A stretch of 64,000 nucleotides of DNA from an uncultured Methanosarcinales archaeon (GCA_964460605.1 CAYWPT010000001.1:33548-97547); one strand, 5' to 3'. Shown: positions 1-10,926, counted from the stretch's first letter. Numbers and translations: made by a program. The notes: generated by a model from the sequence alone, not told the origin.

Positions 1-222
1 TAAATAGAATATTGGCTTTTTTGTTCTCTCAAAAATAATATCATCAACTTTTGTTTTTGTTTTGTTTGCAAATACCTGTAGAATATTCGCGAAAAGATAC
101 TGGAAAAGCTTTGCTAATACCCCAGTAAGCACTAAAATTGTAAGAGCTACAAGATAGTCATTTTGGAATAAAAAGATGTGCTGGTTCAAAGCTACAAAGT
201 TACTGATTGTCTCATTTAACAT
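1..222 (-). CDS. Probable MscS-family mechanosensitive channel, N-terminal part (runs off window)
   Basis: Hand translation from ATG 222: MLNETISNF...YLVALTILVLTGVLAKLF...NKTKTKVDDIIFERTKKPIFYL; TM helix plus KTKTxxDD motif typical of MscS N-termini. Confidence 0.6.
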   Translation of the reverse strand, partial: MLNETISNFVALNQHIFLFQNDYLVALTILVLTGVLAKLFQYLFANILQVFANKTKTKVDDIIFERTKKPIFYL

Positions 223-253
223 GATAAGTCAAGAATTGATTCTGTTTATAAAA

Positions 254-952
254 TTAATTAAAAAAATCTTTCAAACTAAACTTTTTCTTCTTCTTGGGAA
301 TATTTCGTTTATGCTTTCGAAGCATTACATCAATTTCTTTCTCTACTCCAAGCATATCTGGATACATTCGTTCAGCTTTTCTAAATGCAGTCGAATGATA
401 TGAAGCCCTCCCGGCATTATGTTCAAATTTGAAATGCTTGTGCAATAATTCATGATACATCAGAAAATCTAATACTCTTTGTGAAGCATCTTTAAAAACT
501 GTACTCACCGTCACTGTATTATTTTGAAAATTATAGCAAGCTAATTTACGAGTAGAAGCCCTACCCCAAGTCAAATTTGGAATATCCATTGCATTTGAAA
601 AGAATTGATTATTCACACGATTAAATGACTTTTCCAAATGAGGGTCTTTTTTATTCACTTCAACAAATTCGTGGATTCTTTTCAAAAAATTATTATACAG
701 ATCAATATTCAAAAAAGAAATCCCACTTTTATCTTTAATTTTAAACACTCTAAGAAGTAAAGATTGTACTAGACCAATTTTAATCTCATCATTAATATTT
801 TTCCACTGTAAGTTATATCGTAAACGAATCTTATAAGGTGTCACAAAAATATTAGCATTAAAATCCTTAAGTCTCAAAGAATACTCTTCCTCAACTTCAT
901 AATTAAATTTACGATTAGGAAACAACCTACGAAATGACTCTTCGACCACCAT
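254..952 (-). CDS. SprT-like / M48-like zinc metalloprotease domain protein
   Basis: HELLH zinc motif followed by H-x3-F (YHSTAF); start moved to ATG 952 (MVVEESF) to avoid overlap with aRF1. Confidence 0.7.
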   Translation of the reverse strand: MVVEESFRRLFPNRKFNYEVEEEYSLRLKDFNANIFVTPYKIRLRYNLQWKNINDEIKIGLVQSLLLRVFKIKDKSGISFLNIDLYNNFLKRIHEFVEVNKKDPHLEKSFNRVNNQFFSNAMDIPNLTWGRASTRKLACYNFQNNTVTVSTVFKDASQRVLDFLMYHELLHKHFKFEHNAGRASYHSTAFRKAERMYPDMLGVEKEIDVMLRKHKRNIPKKKKKFSLKDFFN

Positions 953-992
953 TAAAAATAAATTATTTTTGTAGAATAAAAACTTTTCCAGC

Positions 993-2096
993 TTAATGAA
1001 TAGGGAACCTAAGAATTGCAGCAAGACCACCAAGATTTTTCAACTGTACTCCTTCACGAGTATCTGTGGAAATAATTTTCATGCTAGAGCCACCATCTTG
1101 TGCCTTTTCTTCATAAGCAAATACTTTTTCTTCAGGTAAACTCTCACTTACCAACAATAAATCAACTGCGCTCATCTCTAAAGCTTTTGCAACTTCAGCT
1201 TCACCATAAGCAGCTTTGCTAGGATTATTGAGCAACATTTTCAAAAATTTCTGCATGGCTTCTTTCTCTTGTGCAACTTCTTCGGCAGCTAATAAATCGG
1301 AAGATTTCTCAAGTAATTCTTGTAAACCAAATTCACCAGTATAAGATAAATCCTTAGTTCCAAGAATCTTTTTCTTAATATCTCCAGTTAAGTATTCATA
1401 ATTTAAAAAACTTTGAACAGTTGTTCCCGGACCACCCACAATTATTCCTTTCAAATTAGTTCCAATTGGTAAAAATTGTTCTTTCATATATTCTGCAATC
1501 TTCTTAAAATGTTCTTTGTATGCCCCTTCACGAATACGTGCGAAACGCTGAGCACTCTGCCCACCAGCTTTTGTTTTTCCTGGAACTTCTGAATGTGTGG
1601 TTTGTAAAATTTCAATCTTCTTACCTTTAAGCAAAGCAATTGAAGCATCCCTTCTATCTAAAACAACTAAACCATAAGTAGTATCATCAATTAAGTATTC
1701 CTCTAAAATGTCAGTTTTGAAAGCTTTATCACACCTATAGATTCTCGTGTTCAAAGGTATCTTAGGTTCATAACTCCACACTTTGAAATCTTGTTTTCCT
1801 TCAGAAGCTGCAACGTTCCCACAAAAAACAGCAATACCATTTTCAGGAGTCCTCCCAATACCTTTGAGATGCACTAACATTTTCTCTAAAGCTGCTTGCA
1901 CATTTTTTCTGGTCACAGCTGATTTAATATTAGAAGCAGTACCCTTTTCATCAGATAAATGAGCAATAATTTTGTCCATGTTATATCCTGCTGGAACGTA
2001 AACAGTAACAAACTCTGTGTGCATAGCCCTATGAGATTTTAATTCTTTTAAGAGCTTCTTTAAGTACAATCTGTCCCTACTATTCATTATTGCCAT
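993..2096 (-). CDS. prf1: Peptide chain release factor aRF1
   Basis: NIKS, YRCDKAF and AGGQSAQRF motifs; C-terminal GGLAAILRF. Confidence 0.97.
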   Translation of the reverse strand: MAIMNSRDRLYLKKLLKELKSHRAMHTEFVTVYVPAGYNMDKIIAHLSDEKGTASNIKSAVTRKNVQAALEKMLVHLKGIGRTPENGIAVFCGNVAASEGKQDFKVWSYEPKIPLNTRIYRCDKAFKTDILEEYLIDDTTYGLVVLDRRDASIALLKGKKIEILQTTHSEVPGKTKAGGQSAQRFARIREGAYKEHFKKIAEYMKEQFLPIGTNLKGIIVGGPGTTVQSFLNYEYLTGDIKKKILGTKDLSYTGEFGLQELLEKSSDLLAAEEVAQEKEAMQKFLKMLLNNPSKAAYGEAEVAKALEMSAVDLLLVSESLPEEKVFAYEEKAQDGGSSMKIISTDTREGVQLKNLGGLAAILRFPIH

Positions 2097-2117
2097 AATA
2101 TGCCTTTAGTATATTTT

Positions 2118-2148
2118 GGCTTCCAGTCATCTTTGATTACTGATAGCC
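2118..2148. repeat. Palindromic ~30-bp element, copy in the aRF1 leader
   Basis: ggcttccagtcatc-ttt-gattactgatagcc; near-identical to the copy at 58861-58891. Confidence 0.8.
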
Positions 2149-2193
2149 ATATTAAAGAACTAATATTGATGTGCTTTTATAAAGATTTAGATA

Positions 2194-2748
2194 TCATTTA
2201 AGACCTGGATTTCCCATAATTAAATTCTTAATTTGTTTTTCTATTACACTACTTTGTACAGAATTTGAGATTGGACCTGCAATAGCCCCTAATTTTCCGT
2301 TTAACCCCCTTGCAATGAGCCTAATGTGTTTTTTGTTTTCATTAGATAGATCTAATTTTTGGTACAATTCCTCCACTTCAGGAAGTAAATGTTTAGAAAT
2401 CTCCTGACTAAGCTCATGCGCAAAAGATAAAATTTCTTGTTCTAAAGCTGCCGCGTTTTTTAATGCATTTAAAGCCCTTTCTGGATAGTCATAATATAAA
2501 ATTTCTGAAACCCTCATTAATTTATCGTAATTCTTTCTCTTTTTTTCAATAAGTTTAATTTGCTTATGGAGCTTTACTAACTCTTTTCTAATTTTTTTCT
2601 CAAGATCTAATTCATTTAATGCTTCATCTTCAGCCAAAGAAATATCCCTTAACATTGACATAAAAGCCCTTCCGACATTTCTAATAGGAATATCTTTAGC
2701 TTTAGCTTTCTTTTCTTCACCCATTCTTCCAAAACCAATTTTTCCCAT
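2194..2748 (-). CDS. Hypothetical coiled-coil protein
   Basis: 184-aa ORF, helical and charged; TATA-like element upstream. Confidence 0.6.
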   Translation of the reverse strand: MGKIGFGRMGEEKKAKAKDIPIRNVGRAFMSMLRDISLAEDEALNELDLEKKIRKELVKLHKQIKLIEKKRKNYDKLMRVSEILYYDYPERALNALKNAAALEQEILSFAHELSQEISKHLLPEVEELYQKLDLSNENKKHIRLIARGLNGKLGAIAGPISNSVQSSVIEKQIKNLIMGNPGLK

Positions 2749-2785
2749 AGTATACCTAATAAATTAAATATTTATATAATCTCCC

Positions 2786-3289
2786 TTAATCTAGAGCTTG
2801 CTTCACCCGAGCAACGATATCTTTTTGCTTCAAAGTTTTAGCACTATCAAAGGTAATTATATCCAATTTCTTCTTCTGAGCTTCCTCTAAACAGGTTTCA
2901 AAGATTTCAGCATCCATATTATCTTGCACTTTCCCTCTAGAATAGCCACGTTCCTGAAGTCTTCTTTTCAACTTTTTCAAATCTGAACAAGTGATAATTA
3001 TTGCAAGAGAAATCATGGGCTTAGGTAACAAGTGCGCGACATGGCTATCAAAAACAAATAATTCCTTATCACTTTCCTTAACAAATCTCTTAATTCCTTT
3101 AGCTAACTCTTTCATATCCAAATCATAACTTTTTTTTGAACGATTATAACCCAAATTAATCCTTTTATTCTTCCTCATCAGCTTGTGCCAATCAATATGC
3201 GTAAAACCTAATCTCTTAACCAGAACAGAAGTGAGTGTAGATTTTCCAACGCCAGGTGTTCCAGAAACAATAATTAATTTCTTACTCAT
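2786..3289 (-). CDS. Adenylate kinase 6 / Fap7-like nucleotide kinase
   Basis: SGTPGVGKS P-loop, DSH motif, RLQERGYSRGKVQDNMDAEIF. Confidence 0.88.
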   Translation of the reverse strand: MSKKLIIVSGTPGVGKSTLTSVLVKRLGFTHIDWHKLMRKNKRINLGYNRSKKSYDLDMKELAKGIKRFVKESDKELFVFDSHVAHLLPKPMISLAIIITCSDLKKLKRRLQERGYSRGKVQDNMDAEIFETCLEEAQKKKLDIITFDSAKTLKQKDIVARVKQALD

Positions 3290-5043
3290 TTTGAAAGCTT
3301 ATGAGCCACCTTTTTTGGTTTAGCTTTACTTTTTTGTTTTATCTTAAACAACTTCCCTTTAAGTTCAGCTTTTTTCTTTTGCACTTTGCTCAACTTCTTC
3401 CCACTTGCAACTAAAGTGTCCATCATCAATAATATGAAGAACAAGAAGATACCATAAGCAATCAAAATACCAACATCATCTAAGATGCCAATAATGTTTA
3501 CACCAAAGATGAATACTTCACGAATTAATTTTTCTGTAATAACAAAAGGATTCAGTGAAATAAATTCACGAAGTCCAGGAGACATACCTTCAATTGGTAA
3601 AATAATCCCTGATAAGAATAAAAATAAGCTACCCGTGGAGATACTAGCTAAAATCCCTGTCTCTTCTGTGGTGAACAGATAACCAATGATCATACCCACT
3701 AAAGTAAAAAGTGTTGCCGATAATAAGAGTACAAAGAATAATAATGGGAATTGAGCAATAGAATCATAAAGAAAGAAAACAGAAATTATCAAAATAATAA
3801 ATAATTGGAATGCCAATAATAATACGTTACTCAAAAGAGTAGCTAAAACAAAAGTTACCTTTTTTACAGGGATCAAAAAGTTTCTTACATACGCTTGAGA
3901 GGTTTTTTCCATCATTACTAAAGTATCACCAAGCATGATAGCTAAGAACATAACAATTAAAGCCAATAAACTTGGGAAGACATAATTCAAGTTAGTTTTT
4001 TCTTCACTCACTGTTTCAATTTTTGTAACTAATGGGTTTGTGATAGTCCCAGTATCAGACACTGAAAATGCACTCAGTTCTGTTTTAATACCTTCTAAAT
4101 CATTTGAAATTGCATCCAAACTTGCACTCATATCAGTCAGAGTTGTACCTACTTCAGCAACATCAGCACCTGCTTGATCAAGAACCACATTAGCTGAACT
4201 AATTTCTGCTTGCAGAGTATCTAAAATATTTTTCACTGCTTGATAAGTAGAAGTACCATTGTTGCCAAACAATGCCAAAGCTTCATCTAATTCTCTTTCA
4301 ATATCTCCTAATTCTGAGAGTGCAGTTGTTTTTCCGGAACTATCATCCAGACCGTCAACAGCTGTTTGTGCAGCTTCTACAGCAGAAGAAGCAGTCTTAA
4401 TCTTATCTTCCATATTCGCTTGGAAGTTGTCTAAAATCCCTTGATCATAACTTGAATCAAGAACGACATCAGTTAAACTTGAAGATACAGTAGAAGTTGT
4501 GCCTGCCGCAGTATCACTATATTCTCTAAGTGTTCCTAATTCTCCTTTTTCAACATCAATGCTTCCTTGTGCAGTACTAATTTGAGTAAAGATATCAGTT
4601 ACAATATCTTGAGAAAGTTCTTGTGTTTTCAAATTAAACTCATTTCCTAAAGATTCTTGGATAATCCAAACTAAATTAATCCTACTCTGATCAATATAGA
4701 AAGTTACCTCCTTTGGCGTATTATCTGTGACCTGGAATGAATTCGGTACAGAAACACAAGCATGTACAAAATTTGTAGCAATATCACTTTTACAATCGTT
4801 TAAATTAACATAAGTAATCACTTTGAAGTCTTGTTCTTGCAAAGAATCAATTAATTGTGTTACATCGTCTCCAAAACTGTCTGCATGAATTCCAATGTTT
4901 AATCCAAAAAATGCTGAACTATTATAACTCAGACCGATTAAAAGAATAATAAGTAAAGGAGCAAAAATAACTATGAGTGCTGAACTCTTCGCCCTTAACA
5001 GTAAACGAATGTTTTTCTTTACTAATAAAAATAATTGTCCCAT
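3286..5043 (-). CDS. ABC-2 type transporter permease with large helical extracellular domain
   Basis: N-terminal TM, long coiled extracellular region, C-terminal TM bundle with FLSGIILPIEGM; downstream of an ABC ATPase. Confidence 0.85.
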   Translation of the reverse strand: MGQLFLLVKKNIRLLLRAKSSALIVIFAPLLIILLIGLSYNSSAFFGLNIGIHADSFGDDVTQLIDSLQEQDFKVITYVNLNDCKSDIATNFVHACVSVPNSFQVTDNTPKEVTFYIDQSRINLVWIIQESLGNEFNLKTQELSQDIVTDIFTQISTAQGSIDVEKGELGTLREYSDTAAGTTSTVSSSLTDVVLDSSYDQGILDNFQANMEDKIKTASSAVEAAQTAVDGLDDSSGKTTALSELGDIERELDEALALFGNNGTSTYQAVKNILDTLQAEISSANVVLDQAGADVAEVGTTLTDMSASLDAISNDLEGIKTELSAFSVSDTGTITNPLVTKIETVSEEKTNLNYVFPSLLALIVMFLAIMLGDTLVMMEKTSQAYVRNFLIPVKKVTFVLATLLSNVLLLAFQLFIILIISVFFLYDSIAQFPLLFFVLLLSATLFTLVGMIIGYLFTTEETGILASISTGSLFLFLSGIILPIEGMSPGLREFISLNPFVITEKLIREVFIFGVNIIGILDDVGILIAYGIFLFFILLMMDTLVASGKKLSKVQKKKAELKGKLFKIKQKSKAKPKKVAHKLSK

Positions 5044-5063
5044 TTTAATTATTTATCCTTAAA

Positions 5064-5101
5064 ATGGGGCTCAAAAATTTCTTAATTTTTGTTTGTCCCA
5101 T
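5064..5101. repeat. Degenerate palindromic element between ABC genes
   Basis: atggggc-tcaaaaatt-tctt-aatttttg-ttt-gtcccat hairpin, same architecture as the 2118/58861 copies. Confidence 0.55.
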
Positions 5102-5104
5102 CTT

Positions 5105-6046
5105 TTACTCTTCTTGTGTAACCGCTTCGAAAATAGTTTTCAATTTCGGTTGTGATACATCTAATGTGTTTAATGAAAGATCATTTTGGTCTATATATGA
5201 TAATAACATTTCTGCTGTTTTGTTAAAATTACTTGTCTCAAGAAGGATATGATTTCTTCTATCAATAATTTTGCTTACCGGAAGGTTCTGTACAAACCCT
5301 AACATTTGTTCATGATTTTTCCCAGTTTTTACTGTAATCACACTATCTTTATGCAAATAAGGACCTCTTAAACTATCTAAAGAGCCATTTTCTTGCAACT
5401 GACCTTTATGTAAAATTGCAACTTTATTACAAATCGCTTCAATACTCTCCAAATCGTGTGAAGCCATAACCACAGTGATTCCTTGTTTGTTTACTTCTTT
5501 AATCAAATAAAGGATTTCTCTTTTCAGATGTGGGTCTAAATTCATCACTGGCTCATCTAAAACTAATAATTTTGGTTTATGGATTAAACTACAAGCAATA
5601 TCTAAACGCTTCTGCATACCACCAGATAATTCTTCAGCTAAATAATTTCTATAAGCGTACAAATCTGTAAATTTGAGAAGGTTCATGGCATTTTCTTTAA
5701 GTACAGATTTCTTTAAGCCATACATTTGTCCAAAATGCATAAGGTTTTCCATTACAGACAACTTAGGATAAAATGATAATCCTTGTGGAGTAAAACCAAC
5801 TTTCTTTCTAATATTAAAACCATGATCTTTGAGATCTCTTTTTTTTCCAGTAGAAGTTGTATACTCTACCCTACCACCTTCAAAGTCTAAAAAACCGACA
5901 ATTACATTTAACAAAGTAGATTTCCCACTACCTGAACGTCCAATAACACCGTAGATGTCACCCTCATCAATACTCAAATTTACATTGTCCAAAATTTTCT
6001 TATGAGAGAACCTTTTAGACAAACCATTCACTCCTAACAATTCCAC
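5105..6046 (-). CDS. ABC transporter ATP-binding protein
   Basis: GRSGSGKST, LSGGMQKR, LLVLDEP, ASHD; likely start GTG 6046 downstream of a TTTATAAA box. Confidence 0.93.
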   Translation of the reverse strand: MELLGVNGLSKRFSHKKILDNVNLSIDEGDIYGVIGRSGSGKSTLLNVIVGFLDFEGGRVEYTTSTGKKRDLKDHGFNIRKKVGFTPQGLSFYPKLSVMENLMHFGQMYGLKKSVLKENAMNLLKFTDLYAYRNYLAEELSGGMQKRLDIACSLIHKPKLLVLDEPVMNLDPHLKREILYLIKEVNKQGITVVMASHDLESIEAICNKVAILHKGQLQENGSLDSLRGPYLHKDSVITVKTGKNHEQMLGFVQNLPVSKIIDRRNHILLETSNFNKTAEMLLSYIDQNDLSLNTLDVSQPKLKTIFEAVTQEE

Positions 6047-6153
6047 GACAAGATTAAGCTTTTTTTGTTTATAAATGTTTTTACATAGCTTATTGATAAA
6101 ATAACTCTTATCCTCCACAATCTTTAAATACCCTTCAAGAAAAATATGCTCCA

Positions 6154-7050
6154 ATGTTGAAAAATATCAAAAAGTTTTACGAAAGTAAATACAAAGCACT
6201 TTTAATCATACCATTCTTAGTATTATTACTGGCTGTTGGACAAATCGCTTTGCAAACTTCAACTACAGGAGATTTTGTAAATAAAGGTATCAGCTTAAAA
6301 GGTGGTTCCAGTATTATTTTGTATGAATCTTTTTCAGTAGATGAATTATCTAGCTTAGAAAATGCATTACACAATAGGTTCCCTTTAGCAGAAATTGAGA
6401 TTAGAGAATTGAGCTCTGCTGGGCAACAAATTGGTATTGCTATTGATGCAGATGCTCAAGAAACAAACGAAATTGAAGCTTTGAGTGTAGCCATCTCAGA
6501 GATAACAGACATTGATACAGGAGAATTTAGTATTGAAGTTGTTGGTTCAAGTTTAGGTGAGAGTTTCTTTACACAAACTATGCTTGCATTATTAGTAGCT
6601 TTTAGTTTAATGGGAATCGTAGTATTCTTTTACTTTAGATCTTTAGTTCCTAGTTTAGCAGTTATCTTAGCAGCTTTCTCAGACATCGTAGTTACCTTAG
6701 CTATTTTCAATATGACTGGAGAAAAACTAAGCACTGCTGGGATTGCAGCATTCCTTATGTTAATTGGATATTCAGTAGACAGTGATATCTTATTAAGCAC
6801 TAGAATGCTAAAGAAAAAAGGAGACATCATGGAAAGAGTATACAGCGCTATGAAAACTGGGCTTACCATGTCAGCTACAACCCTCTCTGCTGTTTTGATT
6901 GCTTTCACACTTGTAAAAAGTGAAATTGTGAAACAAATTATGCTTATTTTATTCATTGGTCTTTTAGTAGACCTTATAATGACCTATCTTCAGAATGTGG
7001 GAATTTTGAGATTGTACCTTGAAAGAAAGGAGAAAAAGAAGAAAGAATGA
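6154..7050 (+). CDS. secF: Protein translocase subunit SecF
   Basis: GISLKGG, VGSSLG, IAAFLMLIGYSVDSDIL; 6 TMs; overlaps secD start. Confidence 0.95.
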   Translation: MLKNIKKFYESKYKALLIIPFLVLLLAVGQIALQTSTTGDFVNKGISLKGGSSIILYESFSVDELSSLENALHNRFPLAEIEIRELSSAGQQIGIAIDADAQETNEIEALSVAISEITDIDTGEFSIEVVGSSLGESFFTQTMLALLVAFSLMGIVVFFYFRSLVPSLAVILAAFSDIVVTLAIFNMTGEKLSTAGIAAFLMLIGYSVDSDILLSTRMLKKKGDIMERVYSAMKTGLTMSATTLSAVLIAFTLVKSEIVKQIMLILFIGLLVDLIMTYLQNVGILRLYLERKEKKKKE

Positions 7051-8672
7051 AACGTGTTGAAAAATTATTAAGAAATGTACGAGTAATAATTTTAATCATC
7101 TTTTTAGCACTCTCTTTGGTAACAATCTTTTCAATTGATCCTGGAAACTGGACTGCAGAAGGTGTTTCTATTAGAGCAGTAGAATTTAACAGCTCAGCTG
7201 CAAACGCTGGTTTAGAAAACCCATCAAATACTGATCAACCCTTAGATAGAGAAGTAATTGAAAAAATTGATGGAAAAAGAATAACAAATCTTGACGATTA
7301 TTATAATGCAGTTAATAATTTAGAAGGTGGCCTTACAGTGAGAATAAAAACTGACAAAGGCGAATATATCTTAACTTCTGATAAAGTAGATGAAAATAAC
7401 ATTACTTATTTAGGAATTAGTGTAGAAGATGTTCCACATAACAATTTGAGAAAAGGTTTAGATTTAGCCGGTGGAACAAGAGTATTATTAGCTCCTGAAG
7501 AAAAAGTAAGTCAAGAAGATTTAGATTTAATTGTAACAAATTTACAACAAAGATTGAATGTATACGGGTTATCTGATGTTGTAATTACTACAGCAAAAGA
7601 CCTTGCCGGGAGTAATTTTATTCTAGTTGAGATTGCTGGTGCAACTGAAAGCGAAGTCAGAGAATTATTAGCACAGCAAGGTAAGTTCGAAGCTAAGATT
7701 GGAAATGAAACTGTTTTCAATGGTGGAGACAAAGATGTAACTTATGTGTGTAGAAGCGCAGATTGTTCAGGTATTGATCCACAAAGAGGTTGTTATGCCA
7801 ATGGTGGCGGATACGGTTGTTCATTCTTCTTTAGTATAAGTTTGAGCACAGACGCTGCACAAAGACAAGCTGACGTTACAAGCCAACTGAATATTCTCAG
7901 AGAAGGCACCTATACTTATTTGAGTGAACCACTTACATTATTTTTAGATGATGTTGAAGTTGACTCTCTGCGAATTGCTGCAGACTTACAAGGAAGAGCA
8001 GTTCAAGAGATCCAAATTACTGGATCTGGAGAAGGGATTACCCAAGAGGATGCAGTAAATGATGCTCTAAAAAATATGAAGCAATTACAAACCATTTTGG
8101 TTACTGGGAGTTTGCCAGTAAGTTTAGAGATTGTAAAAATGGATACCGTAAGTCCAAGTTTAGGTGATGAATTTTTGAGCAATATGATGCTCGTAGGACT
8201 TTTCACAATCCTAGCAGTAGTGACCATTGTATTTTTACGATATAGAAAAATCCAAGTTGTACTTCCAATGATTTTGATCGTACTCTCAGAGATCGTTTTA
8301 ATCTTAGGATTCGCAGCACTCTTTAAGTGGCAATTAGATTTAGCAGCTATTGCAGGGGTAATTATTGTAGCAGGTACGGGTGTAGATCATTTAATCATTA
8401 TTACAGATGAGACCATTCGTGGTGAGAAGATCCATAGTATGAAACAAAGAATCAAGAACGCCATGTTTATTGTAATTGGCGCTTACTTGACAACTGTTGC
8501 TGGAATGGTACCATTATTATGGGCTGGAGCAGGATTGTTAAAAGGATTCGCTCTTACAACCATTGCAGGTATTTCCTTTGGAGTATTAATTGCAAGACCA
8601 GCTTATGCAGCTATCATTGAAGAACTTCTAGAAGAAGATGACGAGTTAGAAACATCAAGTAAAGAAGAATAA
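7047..8672 (+). CDS. secD: Protein translocase subunit SecD (PDZ-like N-terminal insert)
   Basis: GLDLAGGT, RLNVYGLSD, GSLPV, VSPSLG, GTGVDHLIIITDE. Confidence 0.95.
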   Translation: MKRVEKLLRNVRVIILIIFLALSLVTIFSIDPGNWTAEGVSIRAVEFNSSAANAGLENPSNTDQPLDREVIEKIDGKRITNLDDYYNAVNNLEGGLTVRIKTDKGEYILTSDKVDENNITYLGISVEDVPHNNLRKGLDLAGGTRVLLAPEEKVSQEDLDLIVTNLQQRLNVYGLSDVVITTAKDLAGSNFILVEIAGATESEVRELLAQQGKFEAKIGNETVFNGGDKDVTYVCRSADCSGIDPQRGCYANGGGYGCSFFFSISLSTDAAQRQADVTSQLNILREGTYTYLSEPLTLFLDDVEVDSLRIAADLQGRAVQEIQITGSGEGITQEDAVNDALKNMKQLQTILVTGSLPVSLEIVKMDTVSPSLGDEFLSNMMLVGLFTILAVVTIVFLRYRKIQVVLPMILIVLSEIVLILGFAALFKWQLDLAAIAGVIIVAGTGVDHLIIITDETIRGEKIHSMKQRIKNAMFIVIGAYLTTVAGMVPLLWAGAGLLKGFALTTIAGISFGVLIARPAYAAIIEELLEEDDELETSSKEE

Positions 8673-8674
8673 GA

Positions 8675-9166
8675 TTATTTTTTTCTCGCTAACTTTCCAA
8701 TAACACTAGGAGATAATAAGAAGATTGAAAAGATGATAGCTAGTAACCAAGGATTATGAGTTTCATTAACAATTTCTAAGCTTGTAATTAAACTATTGCT
8801 CACTAAAACCATAACCACAATGTTTACAAAAGCAATTACTGGGATTGCAATCATTGCTAAGATATGATGTTCTTTATCTAAGTGCCCAATATCTAAAATT
8901 AAATAATTGTATAAGAATCCCATTACTAAAGCTAAGATTACTACAAACAAATAGAGGAGCAAAGGACTGATTAAAATTGAGATAAACATCAAAGCAAAAG
9001 CTGACATTATATTAGCGAATACTATCAATAATAAAGCGCTGTAGAAGACAATTTTAGAAAAATGTATGTCATGTTCAGTAACACGCTCAAGGCTCTTCAT
9101 AGCTTGTTTTACTTCCTTCTCATGCCAACCCTTCTTTTTCAAAGTTTCTCGTAAATTCTTCTTCAT
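8675..9166 (-). CDS. Hypothetical 4-TM membrane protein
   Basis: Four hydrophobic segments after an LKKKGW N-terminal helix; 2 bp downstream of MinD-like gene. Confidence 0.7.
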   Translation of the reverse strand: MKKNLRETLKKKGWHEKEVKQAMKSLERVTEHDIHFSKIVFYSALLLIVFANIMSAFALMFISILISPLLLYLFVVILALVMGFLYNYLILDIGHLDKEHHILAMIAIPVIAFVNIVVMVLVSNSLITSLEIVNETHNPWLLAIIFSIFLLSPSVIGKLARKK

Positions 9167-9168
9167 TT

Positions 9169-9882
9169 TTAATGTACATTACACAAAAATTCTGCTAATT
9201 GTTGGTATTGTTTAGCAGATCTGCTTCTTGGATAGTGAAATTGTAAAGGCACTTGATTGTGGACAGATTTTTTTATTTTATTATCTCTATACACATTTGC
9301 AATTACATGTGCTCCTAAAATTTCTTCAACTTCTGCTGATGCCATTTCATGACTTCCAAACCAAGAACTCATATTCAATAAAACTCCAGGGATAGTATTA
9401 TGCATAGAACGTGCTAATTCAATAGATTTTACAGCTTCCATCAAACTACTATTAGTTGGGTTTACCACAGTTAAAGCTTCGTCTGTGTGCTCTAAAATCT
9501 TTTTGAGATCTTCTCCTAATCCAGAGGGAGCATCAACTAAAACAAAGTCCGCAAGACCATTGAGATGGTCAAATATTTTTCCCAATTTTTCTTGATCTGT
9601 GTTTTTGAAAATATTGTATGAACTTGAAGCTGGGATAAAAGCTAAACCAGAATCATGTGTATGGATAATCTCATGAATAGAATTTTTCTTTTCTAGAAAA
9701 TGATTAAGACTTGTCTCAGCATCAATTAGTCCTAAGTGTAAACCAATATTTGGAGTTACAAGATTAGCGTCAACGATAAGCACACTTTTTCCATGATTCA
9801 TCAAAGCATGCGCCAGATTGATTGTAGAAGTGGTCTTTCCAACTCCCCCTTTACCAGAAATTAATGCAATAAATCTTGTCAT
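9169..9882 (-). CDS. minD: MinD/ParA-family ATPase
   Basis: SGKGGVGKTT deviant Walker A, VDAN, LVDAPSG. Confidence 0.85.
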   Translation of the reverse strand: MTRFIALISGKGGVGKTTSTINLAHALMNHGKSVLIVDANLVTPNIGLHLGLIDAETSLNHFLEKKNSIHEIIHTHDSGLAFIPASSSYNIFKNTDQEKLGKIFDHLNGLADFVLVDAPSGLGEDLKKILEHTDEALTVVNPTNSSLMEAVKSIELARSMHNTIPGVLLNMSSWFGSHEMASAEVEEILGAHVIANVYRDNKIKKSVHNQVPLQFHYPRSRSAKQYQQLAEFLCNVH

Positions 9883-9943
9883 CTATCTTACCTCAAGAAT
9901 AATAGAAACAATATCTGTATTTATACTTTACTATAACAAAGGA

Positions 9944-10450
9944 TTACTCTTCTTCTTTTACAAATCCAAGAAGCTTCTTAGAATAATGGAAATATTGATG
10001 TACAAAATATTCACAAGTCTCTAAACTATCAATGTTGATCGCACAGGTCCTATCTTCTAGATGAAATAACATGCCCACATGTCTTCTATATTCATTGATT
10101 TTCTCATAATCTTTTTTAAGAAGATCTTTAAGGAAGAAATAAAAGTTTAAGAATTTCAACATTTCCTTATCTTCTTCAAAAACTTCAGATAATTTTGTTG
10201 CTTTGAGAGCTGGACTTTTTGGAATTCTATCAATTTTATCATTCTCTTTAGCTCTAATCATATGTGAATGAATAAGAATGTCATAAAAGCTTACAAAACG
10301 TAAAACTGCATTTCTTAAAACGTCGGTAGTCCTCGTATATTTTAGACTTACATAAATAATGTGTTCAACACGCTTCAGTTCTTCTCTGCTTTCAAAAAAA
10401 TACTCTTCTACTGTTGTATATTCTTCCATTGATAGTTTATCCCCATACAC
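9944..10450 (-). CDS. Hypothetical helical protein
   Basis: 168-aa ORF co-oriented with nac; start may be ATG 10429. Confidence 0.7.
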   Translation of the reverse strand: MYGDKLSMEEYTTVEEYFFESREELKRVEHIIYVSLKYTRTTDVLRNAVLRFVSFYDILIHSHMIRAKENDKIDRIPKSPALKATKLSEVFEEDKEMLKFLNFYFFLKDLLKKDYEKINEYRRHVGMLFHLEDRTCAINIDSLETCEYFVHQYFHYSKKLLGFVKEEE

Positions 10451-10468
10451 CCCTACTACTACACTGTT

Positions 10469-10882
10469 TTACTTCCCTAATGATTGTTTTGTAGTGGCCA
10501 ACGTATTTAGGTAATTTTGAAGTAAATCTACAGAAAGTACTTGAACTTTATAATTGTTTTTACATATCACATAAGATTCTCCTCTTTTGAAGCTGAAAAG
10601 GTCGTTATCTTTCGCATATTTGAGTTCTTTGAGTGATGTAAATACTTCTTGAAATTCCGAAGATTTTTCGGATAATTTAGGCACTGAGGAATCTTTGATT
10701 CCTTGTGCAGAAAATATTTCATTTTCTTGCACTTCAGAGAGGTCCCTACTTGCAGCTTCTAAATGGTTAATTATTTCCAAAAATAACTTCACTTCTTTGA
10801 CTAAAGGATAGGTTTTGTTCAAAAGATAATCAGCATAAGCTAGCCTCTTTTCTATCCTTTCATTAATGGGAAGATCATCCAT
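10469..10882 (-). CDS. Hypothetical helical protein
   Basis: 137-aa ORF downstream of nac; weak resemblance to the next gene. Confidence 0.65.
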   Translation of the reverse strand: MDDLPINERIEKRLAYADYLLNKTYPLVKEVKLFLEIINHLEAASRDLSEVQENEIFSAQGIKDSSVPKLSEKSSEFQEVFTSLKELKYAKDNDLFSFKRGESYVICKNNYKVQVLSVDLLQNYLNTLATTKQSLGK

Positions 10883-10926
10883 AGTGCTTAAAATAAGTTA
10901 ATAGATAAAAAGAATTAGGCTATAAA